Shown one piece after another: positions 38,901 to 48,421 of a DNA stretch of 64,000 nt (position 1 is its first letter; each line of letters begins with the position of its first letter). Where the stretch lies: positions 124,001-188,000 of IMG/VR virus record IMGVR_UViG_3300024350_000252, one strand, 5' to 3'. Under the pieces are notes generated by a model that was given only the letters and a program-made list of their open reading frames with translations, was not told where the DNA came from and did no database searches. Position numbers and translations under genes: made by a program.

Positions 38901-41553
38901 GATACCTACTAATGATCTATTAGCACAACAAAATTTAACTGTACAAGGTACTAGTTATCTAGCAAATACCGATATCACAGGCAGTTTCACACTTGTAGGA
39001 AATTCTACACTAACCGGTACTATAACACAAACCGGCAATTACACAGTCAATGGTGTGGTAACTGCTGATAATTTATTTTTGAATAGATTAAGTCTACAGG
39101 GCAATCAGTTACGTTCAACGCAAGGTAATGAAAATCTAGTTCTTTCTGCGGCAGGCACTGGTAAAATATATGTGCCAAATAACAATGTCGTGATAGATAA
39201 TAATCTAACAGTAAACGGCACTGCTACTGTTAATAATTTTACAGTCAACAACAAACTGACTGCGGATTCTTTTGCGACCAGCGATGTTTATATAAAAGAT
39301 AATTTTATTACAACTACTCTTTCTAACAGCGATTTAGAATTAAGAGCAAACGGAACTGGTCGTGTACTAATACCTAATAACAATACACGATTAGATCAGG
39401 ATCTCACAGTCAACGGAACTAGCTATCTCAAGAACACAAATATAGTAGGTACTGTAACCCATACAGGCAACACCAACGCCACAGGTAACTTGATACAAAC
39501 AGGTACAGCCAATATATCTGGATCTATCACTATAGGTGATTATGCGCAGTTTGCTGATGTGCGCATCAACAACAATTCTATAACAACCACATTGGCTAAT
39601 AGCGATTTAACTCTAATCGCTAACGGTACTGGTAAGGTAATAGTACCAAACAACAATGTTATCATCAATAACGGATTGACAGTTATAGGAAATACACAGT
39701 CACAGAATATCACTGCGACTAACACCATCACATCACCAGTGTTCACAGACGGTGATATACGCATCGAAGGTAATTTGATCACTACTACATTAAGCAATAG
39801 TGATCTTGAATTAGCTGCTAACGGTACAGGCAAAGTAGTAGTACCAAATAACAATGTCGATATCGCAAACACATTAACGGTTAACAGCACTAGCTATCTT
39901 TCTTCAGTAAATGTTACTGGTACTATTAATCATACTGGCAATACTATACAAACCGGTAACCTAACAGAAGTAGGCAATTTTACACTACAAGGTACATTGA
40001 CTGTAGATGGTATTAGCAATTTTGCTAATGTCAACGTACAGACTAACAATATTTCAAGCAGAACAGGAAATAGTGATTTAAATCTTATAGCAGCAGGCAC
40101 AGGCAAGATTTATGTGCCTAATAATGATGTTGTTGTAGAAAAAAATCTCACAGTCACTGGAAACATAACTGCTACCTCAGCAACTATCAATCAAAATCTT
40201 GTAACTGACAATCTCAGCAATGGCAATATAGACATACAAGGTAATCTGATCACAACAACTTTAAGTAACAGTGATCTAGAACTAAGAGCCAATGGCACCG
40301 GATCTGTGTCGATACCTAACAATGTTCTAAATCTAGGACAATCTCTTTATGTTACTGGCACGACTAATCTAGCTACCACAAACATCACAGGAACATTAAC
40401 ACAAGTCGGTACTGTTACACAAACAGGCACAGTCAATCAAACTGGAAACTATACAGTTAACGGTCTGTTTAATATCAACGGTACTGCTCAGTTTAAAGAT
40501 GTTAGAATACAAGATAATTTTATAACAACCACTTTAGGTAATAACGACCTAGTGATGATAGCCACAGGTACAGGCATAATTTCTATGCCAACAAACAATG
40601 TATCTATGTCTAAAAATCTTTCAGTGCTAGGCAATATTTCTGCTAATTCTGTAACAGCATCTGACAGAATCACAGCACCTACTTTTGTTGTAGGTAATGT
40701 ACAGATAAACGGCAACAGTATCACAACTAATGCGTCTAATACTAACTTACAGTTGACAGCCAACGGTACCGGGTTTATTGAAATAGAACAGGTATTAATT
40801 AGAGGTAATACTATAACAACACCTTCTAATACTGATCTAGTATTACAGCCGACTGGCACAGGTATCGTAAATATCAACACCACACAGGCATTGAAATTAC
40901 CTGCGGGCAATGACAGCCAAAGGCCTGCCGGACAAGCTGGTATGATACGTTATAACACCCAAACAAATGGCTATGAAGGTTATGATGGTACCTATTGGAG
41001 AAGGATAGACGGTGTTTATGATGTAGCACAGACTACCTATATCACTGGAGAATTAACACCAGGTGCCAATGATAATATTATAAGATTCTATGTCAATGGT
41101 GGAACTGCTATAGCTGATCTAAATGCTAGCAGATTCCGAGTACCGTCTTTGGACATTAGCAATATCAATATCACTGGAGATACTATCAGTTCTACTGGCA
41201 ATTCAAATATAACATTCGCTCCTACAGGTTCTGGATCTACTGTTATTGGAAATTTTGCCTTCAAGAATAACTTGATCACAAATACTGTGACTGACAGTAT
41301 CACTTATTTTAATCAAACAGGTAACGGATATTTTAAAATTTCAGGTACTAACGGATTTGTTATACCTACAGGAACTAGTGGACAACGCGGTGGTATAGTT
41401 GAAACTGGTATGATTCGTTTTAATACCACAGACAACAGAATGGAAATTTACGATGGTACTCAGTGGGGATCAGCAGCTGGCAGCACTGGGCAAGGAATAA
41501 CTATTACTGAAGCTACTGATGTAGCCATTGTAAACGCATTAATTTTTGGATAA
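35920..41553 (+). CDS. Giant fibre protein B (paralogue of A) with an inserted LamG/concanavalin-like lectin domain
   Basis: 1877 aa; N-terminus MSQLGRISG matches MSDLGRISG of A; KFGTASLSLDG...GDFTMEGWFY...WSHIAL...GYVDDVRISKG is LamG3; ~12 shaft repeats; ends NALIFG. Confidence 0.85.
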   Translation: MSQLGRISGPLLKANLLRNGVDLAFETDLLYLDVKNLRVGIKTANPTHDLTVNGTTRTTNLELTNSLTVGNLTFGNNTISSTQGEIQLNPAGGGTVFSGKITADEIDIFNNTISTNISNANLEFRPHGTGSVDIYSNATVNGDLHVTGNVTADGDIQIGNQTTDTVSFTAEIVSDIIPKFNETYSLGSDPGAGGNRWNDVWAKNLYADAIFTSNLVVNGINLTLRQGKIYYVATNGNDTYSGTHENDPYATVKKALTMAVSGDTVYIYPGTYTEIFPLTVPVGVSVKGIGLRSVFIQPTSGTRNKDAFQLNGETTIEDITVGNFEYDSVNNTGHGFVFAPGFKVTTRSPYIKNVTVLTFGSTVRLGTNPLDDPRGYLAGDAGRGAFADGSLADPTSIKASMLFHSVTFLTPGADGLKCTNGVRIEWLNCFTYFASKGINLYSGSTGFANDGKTRIEFSTTSGTFNVGDTVTYYDTDGTTVLASGLIESKSGNVYTIDGKSNNWETITDRGGKQVVVSGDAKLTTSLKKFGTASLSLDGTTDYINIASQPDFAFGTGDFTMEGWFYPTASGTYRTLFDLRTTTPGDGGGIIIGINNLDQLYFYYNFGFRIGAAGSVPLNQWSHIALSRVSGVTRAFVNGTQIGVNYTDSNNYAQRAVRIGADPAGQYAFTGYVDDVRISKGVGRYTSNFSVPTNAFVGDLSTVLLLHFNGPNASTIITDDGYTGQDIRSSSGGVSTRLDNVDYTDFGAELRSIGSACVYGQYGIYGDGVGVIGYLIGQNLAYIGLGRSTDNDPLSVIQANEVVKLNGAKIFFNSVDARGDFRVGDYFYINQQTGEVSFSNSNVSVTGNILLDDGLGNVTYIDPTKIDTGNIEIAGNTISSVAGDVNINAFSNQINLLSNVTVSGNLDVTGNVTVGGNITIGDQTTDTVNITAKVTSDIIPTIDSRFNLGSNSYRWNNLYSTELDTGDIRIFDNVITTVTSNSDLELTANGTGKISIPTNDLLAQQNLTVQGTSYLANTDITGSFTLVGNSTLTGTITQTGNYTVNGVVTADNLFLNRLSLQGNQLRSTQGNENLVLSAAGTGKIYVPNNNVVIDNNLTVNGTATVNNFTVNNKLTADSFATSDVYIKDNFITTTLSNSDLELRANGTGRVLIPNNNTRLDQDLTVNGTSYLKNTNIVGTVTHTGNTNATGNLIQTGTANISGSITIGDYAQFADVRINNNSITTTLANSDLTLIANGTGKVIVPNNNVIINNGLTVIGNTQSQNITATNTITSPVFTDGDIRIEGNLITTTLSNSDLELAANGTGKVVVPNNNVDIANTLTVNSTSYLSSVNVTGTINHTGNTIQTGNLTEVGNFTLQGTLTVDGISNFANVNVQTNNISSRTGNSDLNLIAAGTGKIYVPNNDVVVEKNLTVTGNITATSATINQNLVTDNLSNGNIDIQGNLITTTLSNSDLELRANGTGSVSIPNNVLNLGQSLYVTGTTNLATTNITGTLTQVGTVTQTGTVNQTGNYTVNGLFNINGTAQFKDVRIQDNFITTTLGNNDLVMIATGTGIISMPTNNVSMSKNLSVLGNISANSVTASDRITAPTFVVGNVQINGNSITTNASNTNLQLTANGTGFIEIEQVLIRGNTITTPSNTDLVLQPTGTGIVNINTTQALKLPAGNDSQRPAGQAGMIRYNTQTNGYEGYDGTYWRRIDGVYDVAQTTYITGELTPGANDNIIRFYVNGGTAIADLNASRFRVPSLDISNINITGDTISSTGNSNITFAPTGSGSTVIGNFAFKNNLITNTVTDSITYFNQTGNGYFKISGTNGFVIPTGTSGQRGGIVETGMIRFNTTDNRMEIYDGTQWGSAAGSTGQGITITEATDVAIVNALIFG

Positions 41554-41558
41554 AAAAC

Positions 41559-41888
41559 ATGGCAACAGCATTTAAAAATAAAATAGAAAATCAATTAGGC
41601 ACTAGCCCTACACAACTGATCGCCACACAGCCTGCTAGCAGGATCACTGTTATTGGTATGAGCCTTTGTAATCTGTTGCCTCAATTGGTAAAAGTAAGTG
41701 TAACACTAACTGATTCGACTTCTACTACAGGATATTATGTCAAGGATGTACAGATACCTCCTAATCAAAGTTTAAGAATAGTCAATGGTGGTGAAAAACT
41801 GATCATGGCGGAAAACAGTTCACTATCAGCATTTGCTGATCAAGCTGCTGCTGTAGATGTGATTATCAGTTATGTTGAAATCGTATAA
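41559..41888 (+). CDS. Small beta-sandwich adaptor-like protein
   Basis: 109 aa; MSLCN...IPPNQSL...EKLIMAE. Confidence 0.7.
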   Translation: MATAFKNKIENQLGTSPTQLIATQPASRITVIGMSLCNLLPQLVKVSVTLTDSTSTTGYYVKDVQIPPNQSLRIVNGGEKLIMAENSSLSAFADQAAAVDVIISYVEIV

Positions 41889-41899
41889 GGAAAAATATC

Positions 41900-42265
41900 A
41901 TGGCCGGACCATTTAATTTAGGTGAAATTAATCAAGAAGAATTGTTAGGTGTAGGTGTACCTAGATATCTGTATGCTATGAGAAGAACAGATGACGGTGA
42001 ATTATACGTGAATAGGTTTGATCAGTTGAGCAACACAGATTCTATCACTATAAATCAAAACGGAACCACTGACGGCAATTATGACCAATTCGAAACTGGT
42101 GTAGATTTCTTCGAAGGAAGAGACGTTAATCACGAGCTAGTCTATGAAAATTTAAATTATGAACAATACCGATGGGATGGACGATCACTTTGGTATTACA
42201 TCAATGATGATGGTGAGTTAGTAGTTAGGATAAACGGAAATTACAACTATCCTAGTGGTATATAA
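41900..42265 (+). CDS. Hypothetical protein
   Basis: 121-aa ORF with SD AAGGA. Confidence 0.7.
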   Translation: MAGPFNLGEINQEELLGVGVPRYLYAMRRTDDGELYVNRFDQLSNTDSITINQNGTTDGNYDQFETGVDFFEGRDVNHELVYENLNYEQYRWDGRSLWYYINDDGELVVRINGNYNYPSGI

Positions 42266-42294
42266 ATATTTTCAACGCAAAATTAGGATGAAAA

Positions 42295-45200
42295 ATGGCA
42301 GATTTTAGATTTTACAAAATGCGATTTACCTGGAGAGGGGAATGGTCTACGGGTACTGCTTACGTCAAAGATGACATAGTTACCTACGGAGCTAAAACGT
42401 TTGTCTGTTTGGTAGGACATACCGCTGCTGCCAATTTTTATACCGATTTAGATTTCGTAGATATCACACAAATTCCCAATGTACCAGCACCAAAGTGGGC
42501 ATTACAGGTAGATGGATATACTTACAAGAAAGAATGGGTACCTAATGAATTTTATAATCTAGGCGACATAGTCAAATATAACGGTATGATCTATATCTGT
42601 GTCGTACATCATACTTCTAATAGCATCGGCCTTTATCATGATTACACTAAATGGATCGTCTATGTCAAATCAGACTACTGGAGAAATGATTGGCAGACTA
42701 ACACTAGATATCAGATCGGAGATGTAGTCAAATACAATGGATTTTTATATAGGTGTAATTATTCGCATCAATCTGCGGATATTATCACCGGTCTAGAAAT
42801 CGACAGTAATTTCTGGGACACAGTTCTAGCAGCAGAACAGTGGAGACAAGACTGGCAAACATCTACGAGATATAGAGAAAATGATGTTGTCAAATACGGC
42901 GGTATCGTATATAGATGTAAGCAAGGACATACTTCAGCATCTACTATAGCAGCCGGTCTAGAACAAGATCTAGATTTACAAGACAGTACATTAACCAAAT
43001 GGGAAGTAGTTCATTCAAATATTGAATATAAGACAGACTGGACTGCTTCTACTAGATACAAGTTAAATGACGTAGTCAAATATGGTGGTAGTCTTTGGAT
43101 TTGTACAGTATATCACACTTCGACAACTTCTTTTCAAGATACTAAATGGACTTTGTATGTTCCGGGATTTCAATTTGAAAATGGTTGGGATGGTACTGTA
43201 GTTTATCAAAAGGGCGATGTGGTAAGATATGGTGGTTATTTTTATACAGCATTGGTAAACAATGTAGGTGTAACTCCGACTACAGCCGTAGGTGATAGCA
43301 CAATAGATGTATGGCAACTATTGACTAAAAATTACCAGGTCACTGGTGATTGGTCCAATATATTCAATTACAGGATAGGCAGCGTCACTAGACGAGAAGG
43401 TCAAGTTTATCTAGCCAAACAGGATAATGTAGGCAAGGATCCTAACAGCAATTCCACAGAATGGGAATTATTAATACCTGGTGAAAAATTCCAAAATTTC
43501 TGGAATACAACTACTACCTATGAAATAGGTGACATCGTAACTTACAAACAAAATACCTATGTTTGTATACTACAGCATACTCCTGTGTTGGCTAACAGAC
43601 CAGATACAGACACTACAGACGGAACTGTGGTAGGCACCTATTGGAAATTGTATATCAAGGGTGAACCAACTAACAGTCTGATAACACAGGGTGATCTAAA
43701 AACATATTCTACCACACAAGATAGGATAGCATTAGGCACTGAAGGTCAGGCCTTGAGAGTAGTGACAGGTACAGCTTCATGGTATTCATTTAATTCTGCT
43801 GCGGCTGTGTATTATGTGGCTCCAGAAGGTATCGACCAACCAAACAACGGAACAACACTACAAAATCCTTGGAGAACTATTAGATATGCCTGCGGTAGAG
43901 TCAGTGGTCCTGCTACTATCTTTGTCAAGACAGGTTCTTATTCAGAAATATTGCCTATCAGTATACCGGCAGATGTAGCTGTGGTAGGAGAAGAATTAAG
44001 AAGCACGTTAATACAACCAGCTGCCGGCTATGAAACTTCGAATATGTTTTATATGAGGAATGGTTCAGGATTAAGAAACTGTACCCTTTCGGGATTGACA
44101 GGCACACTAGGGCCATTTGACACTTATATCACTCGTCGTCCTACCGCAGGAGCTTATGTCAGTCTAGATCCAGGATATGGTCCTGCGGACACTTCTACAT
44201 GGATCACTACGAGATCGCCATATGTACAGAATGTGACTACTTTCGGTACAGGATGTACAGGCTGTAAGATCGATGGCAGCTTACATAATGGTGGTAATAG
44301 ATCTATAGTGTCTAACGACTTTACGCAAGTACTAAGTGATGGTATTGGCGTATGGTGTACAAATCTAGGATTAACAGAACTTGTTTCTGTGTTTTCATAC
44401 TACGGACACATCGGTTATCTAGCAGAAAACGGTGGTAAGATACGTGCTACTAATGGTAACTCATCATATGGTGCTTACGGAACTGTGGCACTAGGATTTG
44501 ATCAAACAGAAACACCTATCACCGGTATAGTAGATAATAGAACAAAGCAAGCGCAGATAAGATCAGCATTTTCCGGTGAAGCCAACGATTTTGTATTAAG
44601 GTATGAATATTCTAATGCTGGACAAAATTATACAACAGTAAATTACACAGTAGTAGGTAGCGGTGTAAACATTTCAACGGTCAACGATGAATTTAGAGAC
44701 AGTGCTGTATTTGAAGCTCAGTTAATAGACAACACAGGTACTACAGGATCTTTTGGTGGAAACGGTTACTATAACATAGGTAACAATGCGCAGGCAGGAG
44801 ATCTAACCACAGTAACATTGGCTACTGGTGATCAAAATACTTTCAACACCTATAGAGGTATGAGAGCGATCATACAAAGCGGTACAGGTACAGGACAATA
44901 TGGTTATGTGGTAGGGTTTAATACTAGCAGTAAAGTACTCAGCGTAGCTAAAGAAAGTTTTCAACCAGTTATAGCTGCCAGCAGCAGTTCTAGCACTAAT
45001 TTGTTTACTACAGACGGAGCAACTTATCCTTACAAGTTATATGTTAACCAACCTGTCTATTTTGATTTCGAACCTATCGCAGTTACAGCTACTGGTATAA
45101 ATGTTTCAAATGGTATTATTTTATCATCCGTGACAGGATTGTCTGTAGGAATGACTATCACTTTTACCAGCGCAACAGTTTATGGTGGTATACAACAGAA

Positions 45201-48200
45201 CTTTACCTATTATATCAAGACCATTAACGGTAACATCATCACGATCAGCCAAAACTTCAATGGTGCTACATTTACAGTTACAGCATTTGCCAACATAACT
45301 ATGACCGGCACTGCTAATAGTAATATAGGAGGTGTATCTTTAGGTACTCTTTATTATATAAAAACTGTTCCATCAGCTACAACATTTTCTATATCTAGCT
45401 TACCAGGCGGAGCTACTATCAACTTAACCGATGGTGCAGGTGCTATGAGAACCAATGCTGCTGGGTGGGATCATGTTAATTTAGGATTTCCTGCTGTAGC
45501 TTTATTGGATACTACCAGTGTATATAGGATTGAACCTAGACCAAGTTGGTCTAGACCACCTTTTTCAATCACCACCGGTACAGTATCAAGCTCGGGTACA
45601 TGGATAGCAGAAGGCAGCGGCTGTTTTGGTAATGGTAGATATCTCGCTATTACTACTAGCGGAAGTGTAGTTTATAGTACCGATGGTACAACTTGGACTA
45701 ATGCCACTATGCCTTCGAGTGGTGGTGGCTCGTGGGCGTTTGTTACATTCGGTAATGGCAGATTCGTGGCTGTAGCTGCTCCTTCTAGTACAGCAGCATA
45801 CAGCACAGACGGTATCAATTGGTCTACCTCGGTATTACCAACTAATACTTCTTGGAGTTCTGCTGCCTATTGTAATTTTAACAATAGATGGGTAGCGGTA
45901 TCAGGAAGTTCTGGAACCATAGCAGCTTACAGCACAGATAATGGTGCTAGCTGGTTATCATCAACACTGCCAACTACTGGCAACTGGGCTAGTGTAGCCT
46001 GTGGCTCAGGTATCACTGTGGCAATAGCTTCAGGCAGTACTGCTGCCGCTTACAGTACCAATGGTGGACAGACATGGACAGCAGCTACGTTACCTACTTC
46101 TGCTACTTGGAGCGCAGTAAACTATGGGGATGGCAGATTTTTAGCAGTAGCACAGGCAAATACCATAGTGGCACAGACATATAATGGTTCAACATGGACA
46201 CAAAATCCTCCATTACCATTTTCAGCTAACTGGGTCGACATATCGTATGGACAAGGTTCTTGGCTAGCAGTATGTTCAGATGTTACAGCTAATTTTGCTA
46301 CCAGCGACAATGGTATCTATTGGACCCAAAGAACCAGTTCGCAAAGCCAAGGAAGATCTAGTGCTACGTTTGGATCTATATCAGGAGTAGGTCGTTGGAT
46401 AGTATTTCCGGCCAGCGGTAATGCTATCGATATAGTATCCTCAGGTTCTACCACGAGAGGACGCATAGAATTAAGCGGTAGTACATTATCCTTGATAAAA
46501 TTGTGGGAACCGGGCAGCAGTTACACTTCTGCTACTTGTACAATAACAGATCCTAGCGCAATTACAGCCGCAGTAGTCAACAATAGGATAGCAAACGGAG
46601 TTTTAGCAAATCCTTCTTTTGTCAACAGAGGTATAGGTTACAAGACATCGACTACAGTAGTAACAGCAACAGGTGACGGATTTGCAGATATCTATCCTTT
46701 CGGTAATACGATGTATCTAAAAAATCTAACTCGATTACCTAAACCTGGTGCTAACTTGATATTTGATCAGATAATCTGGAGTTCATACGGCTTGCCTTCT
46801 AGTGGTACTTGGAGTGATGCTGTATATGGTACAAAATTTGTAGCAGTTAGATCAGGTAGCAACGCTGGTGCTTACAGTACAGACGGATCATCATGGTCAG
46901 CATCAATACTGCCAGCGTCAGTTAATTGGTCATCGGTTGTATTCGGTAATGGAATATACATGGCTGTAGCTAACGGTTCGGCTACAGCGGCTATCAGTAG
47001 CGACGGCATCACGTGGACTAGTATTACACTACCTGGAGCACTAGCATGGACTTCTGTAGCATACGGTTCGGGTAAATTTGTAGTAGTAGCTTCCGGTAGT
47101 AACACAGTCATATGGAGTGTAGACAACGGCACTACGTGGACATCAACAACATTGCCAAGTTCTGGTGCGTGGATCAAGGTAGTTTCAGGAGCCAACGATT
47201 TCTTTGCGTTGAGATCGGGCAGCAATCAGGCTGCTTATAGTTCAGACGGCACAGTTTGGGCTGTTAGGAATCTTCCAATAACAGCCGCCTGGACATCTGC
47301 TACCTATGCTAGCGGTATTTCCACATATGTATTCGCAGCCACAGGTAACAGTTTAATCTATACTGTCGATTCAGGAGCCAATTTTACTACAGTAACACTG
47401 CCGGTCAGTGCTAACTGGAGTAAAATATTATTTGGCTATCAGAAATTCGTGTTAGTGGCTGCTGACTCTGCTAATTTGTTAACTAGCAAAGACGGAATAA
47501 CTTGGACAGCAAGATCATATACACAGACCACAAACACAGCATTGGCAAACGGTAATGGTTATTTCACAGTATTAGGAACTAATACAGCAGCCAGAGGTTC
47601 AGATGGTAGCACTGACATACAATACAAAGTGTTAACCATCACCGAAACTAGTGGATCTGCTAACAATTATCGAGCAACATTCACAGTCAGTCCTACACTA
47701 AACAAAACTACCTCGCCTGTAAATGGAGTGGCTATCGAAGTTCGAGAAAAATACAGCCAAGTACGTCTAACAGGACACGACATGTTGGCTATCGGTACTG
47801 GTAATAAAACAGAAACCAACTATCCTTATGTTGATGTTAATGATTATCTACCAGGAAATGAAACTTATTTCAGAGGCGGTGGACGAGTTTTCTATACCAC
47901 TACTGACCAAGATGGTAATTTCCGTGTAGGACAGTTATTTGCTGTACAGCAAGCAACAGGTATTATCACTATTAGTGCTGATTATTTTAATCTAAATGGT
48001 CTAAGCAGTCTGACACTGGGTGGTATCGCTGTGGGCGGAAATGCTACGATCATCAATGAGTTTAGCACAGATGCTACGTTTACTGCGGATTCAAACTCGA
48101 TCATACCTACGCAAAAAGCGATCAAACAGTATATCGCTAGACGTATTTCAGGCGGTGGATCTAATGCTGCTACGGGTACTCTAGTTGCTGGTACAGTTTC

Positions 48201-48363
48201 GATAGGACCGACTAGCATAGGCAGCACCACAAATACAGTGGTAAGAATACCCGTAAAAATGAGATTTATCAAGGGATTAGGGGGTAGCATTACAGCGATG
48301 ACTTTCTTTACAGAAACATTTGATTCTAGATTAGATTTCGTGGATCCTGTGAGACAGTTTTGA
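42295..48363 (+). CDS. Giant adhesin/fibre protein C (CBM5/12-like repeats, beta-helix, BNR/Asp-box propellers)
   Basis: 2022 aa; about 8 repeats of W...T.Y..(G/N)D.V.YGG..Y.C...H; YYVAPEG...PWRTIRYA; many S.DG.TW Asp-box repeats. Confidence 0.8.
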   Translation: MADFRFYKMRFTWRGEWSTGTAYVKDDIVTYGAKTFVCLVGHTAAANFYTDLDFVDITQIPNVPAPKWALQVDGYTYKKEWVPNEFYNLGDIVKYNGMIYICVVHHTSNSIGLYHDYTKWIVYVKSDYWRNDWQTNTRYQIGDVVKYNGFLYRCNYSHQSADIITGLEIDSNFWDTVLAAEQWRQDWQTSTRYRENDVVKYGGIVYRCKQGHTSASTIAAGLEQDLDLQDSTLTKWEVVHSNIEYKTDWTASTRYKLNDVVKYGGSLWICTVYHTSTTSFQDTKWTLYVPGFQFENGWDGTVVYQKGDVVRYGGYFYTALVNNVGVTPTTAVGDSTIDVWQLLTKNYQVTGDWSNIFNYRIGSVTRREGQVYLAKQDNVGKDPNSNSTEWELLIPGEKFQNFWNTTTTYEIGDIVTYKQNTYVCILQHTPVLANRPDTDTTDGTVVGTYWKLYIKGEPTNSLITQGDLKTYSTTQDRIALGTEGQALRVVTGTASWYSFNSAAAVYYVAPEGIDQPNNGTTLQNPWRTIRYACGRVSGPATIFVKTGSYSEILPISIPADVAVVGEELRSTLIQPAAGYETSNMFYMRNGSGLRNCTLSGLTGTLGPFDTYITRRPTAGAYVSLDPGYGPADTSTWITTRSPYVQNVTTFGTGCTGCKIDGSLHNGGNRSIVSNDFTQVLSDGIGVWCTNLGLTELVSVFSYYGHIGYLAENGGKIRATNGNSSYGAYGTVALGFDQTETPITGIVDNRTKQAQIRSAFSGEANDFVLRYEYSNAGQNYTTVNYTVVGSGVNISTVNDEFRDSAVFEAQLIDNTGTTGSFGGNGYYNIGNNAQAGDLTTVTLATGDQNTFNTYRGMRAIIQSGTGTGQYGYVVGFNTSSKVLSVAKESFQPVIAASSSSSTNLFTTDGATYPYKLYVNQPVYFDFEPIAVTATGINVSNGIILSSVTGLSVGMTITFTSATVYGGIQQNFTYYIKTINGNIITISQNFNGATFTVTAFANITMTGTANSNIGGVSLGTLYYIKTVPSATTFSISSLPGGATINLTDGAGAMRTNAAGWDHVNLGFPAVALLDTTSVYRIEPRPSWSRPPFSITTGTVSSSGTWIAEGSGCFGNGRYLAITTSGSVVYSTDGTTWTNATMPSSGGGSWAFVTFGNGRFVAVAAPSSTAAYSTDGINWSTSVLPTNTSWSSAAYCNFNNRWVAVSGSSGTIAAYSTDNGASWLSSTLPTTGNWASVACGSGITVAIASGSTAAAYSTNGGQTWTAATLPTSATWSAVNYGDGRFLAVAQANTIVAQTYNGSTWTQNPPLPFSANWVDISYGQGSWLAVCSDVTANFATSDNGIYWTQRTSSQSQGRSSATFGSISGVGRWIVFPASGNAIDIVSSGSTTRGRIELSGSTLSLIKLWEPGSSYTSATCTITDPSAITAAVVNNRIANGVLANPSFVNRGIGYKTSTTVVTATGDGFADIYPFGNTMYLKNLTRLPKPGANLIFDQIIWSSYGLPSSGTWSDAVYGTKFVAVRSGSNAGAYSTDGSSWSASILPASVNWSSVVFGNGIYMAVANGSATAAISSDGITWTSITLPGALAWTSVAYGSGKFVVVASGSNTVIWSVDNGTTWTSTTLPSSGAWIKVVSGANDFFALRSGSNQAAYSSDGTVWAVRNLPITAAWTSATYASGISTYVFAATGNSLIYTVDSGANFTTVTLPVSANWSKILFGYQKFVLVAADSANLLTSKDGITWTARSYTQTTNTALANGNGYFTVLGTNTAARGSDGSTDIQYKVLTITETSGSANNYRATFTVSPTLNKTTSPVNGVAIEVREKYSQVRLTGHDMLAIGTGNKTETNYPYVDVNDYLPGNETYFRGGGRVFYTTTDQDGNFRVGQLFAVQQATGIITISADYFNLNGLSSLTLGGIAVGGNATIINEFSTDATFTADSNSIIPTQKAIKQYIARRISGGGSNAATGTLVAGTVSIGPTSIGSTTNTVVRIPVKMRFIKGLGGSITAMTFFTETFDSRLDFVDPVRQF

Positions 48364-48421
48364 TAAAAACATGCTATTAAAAAAACAACTAAATATATTA
48401 ACGAACAGTTCGGAGCAATAA

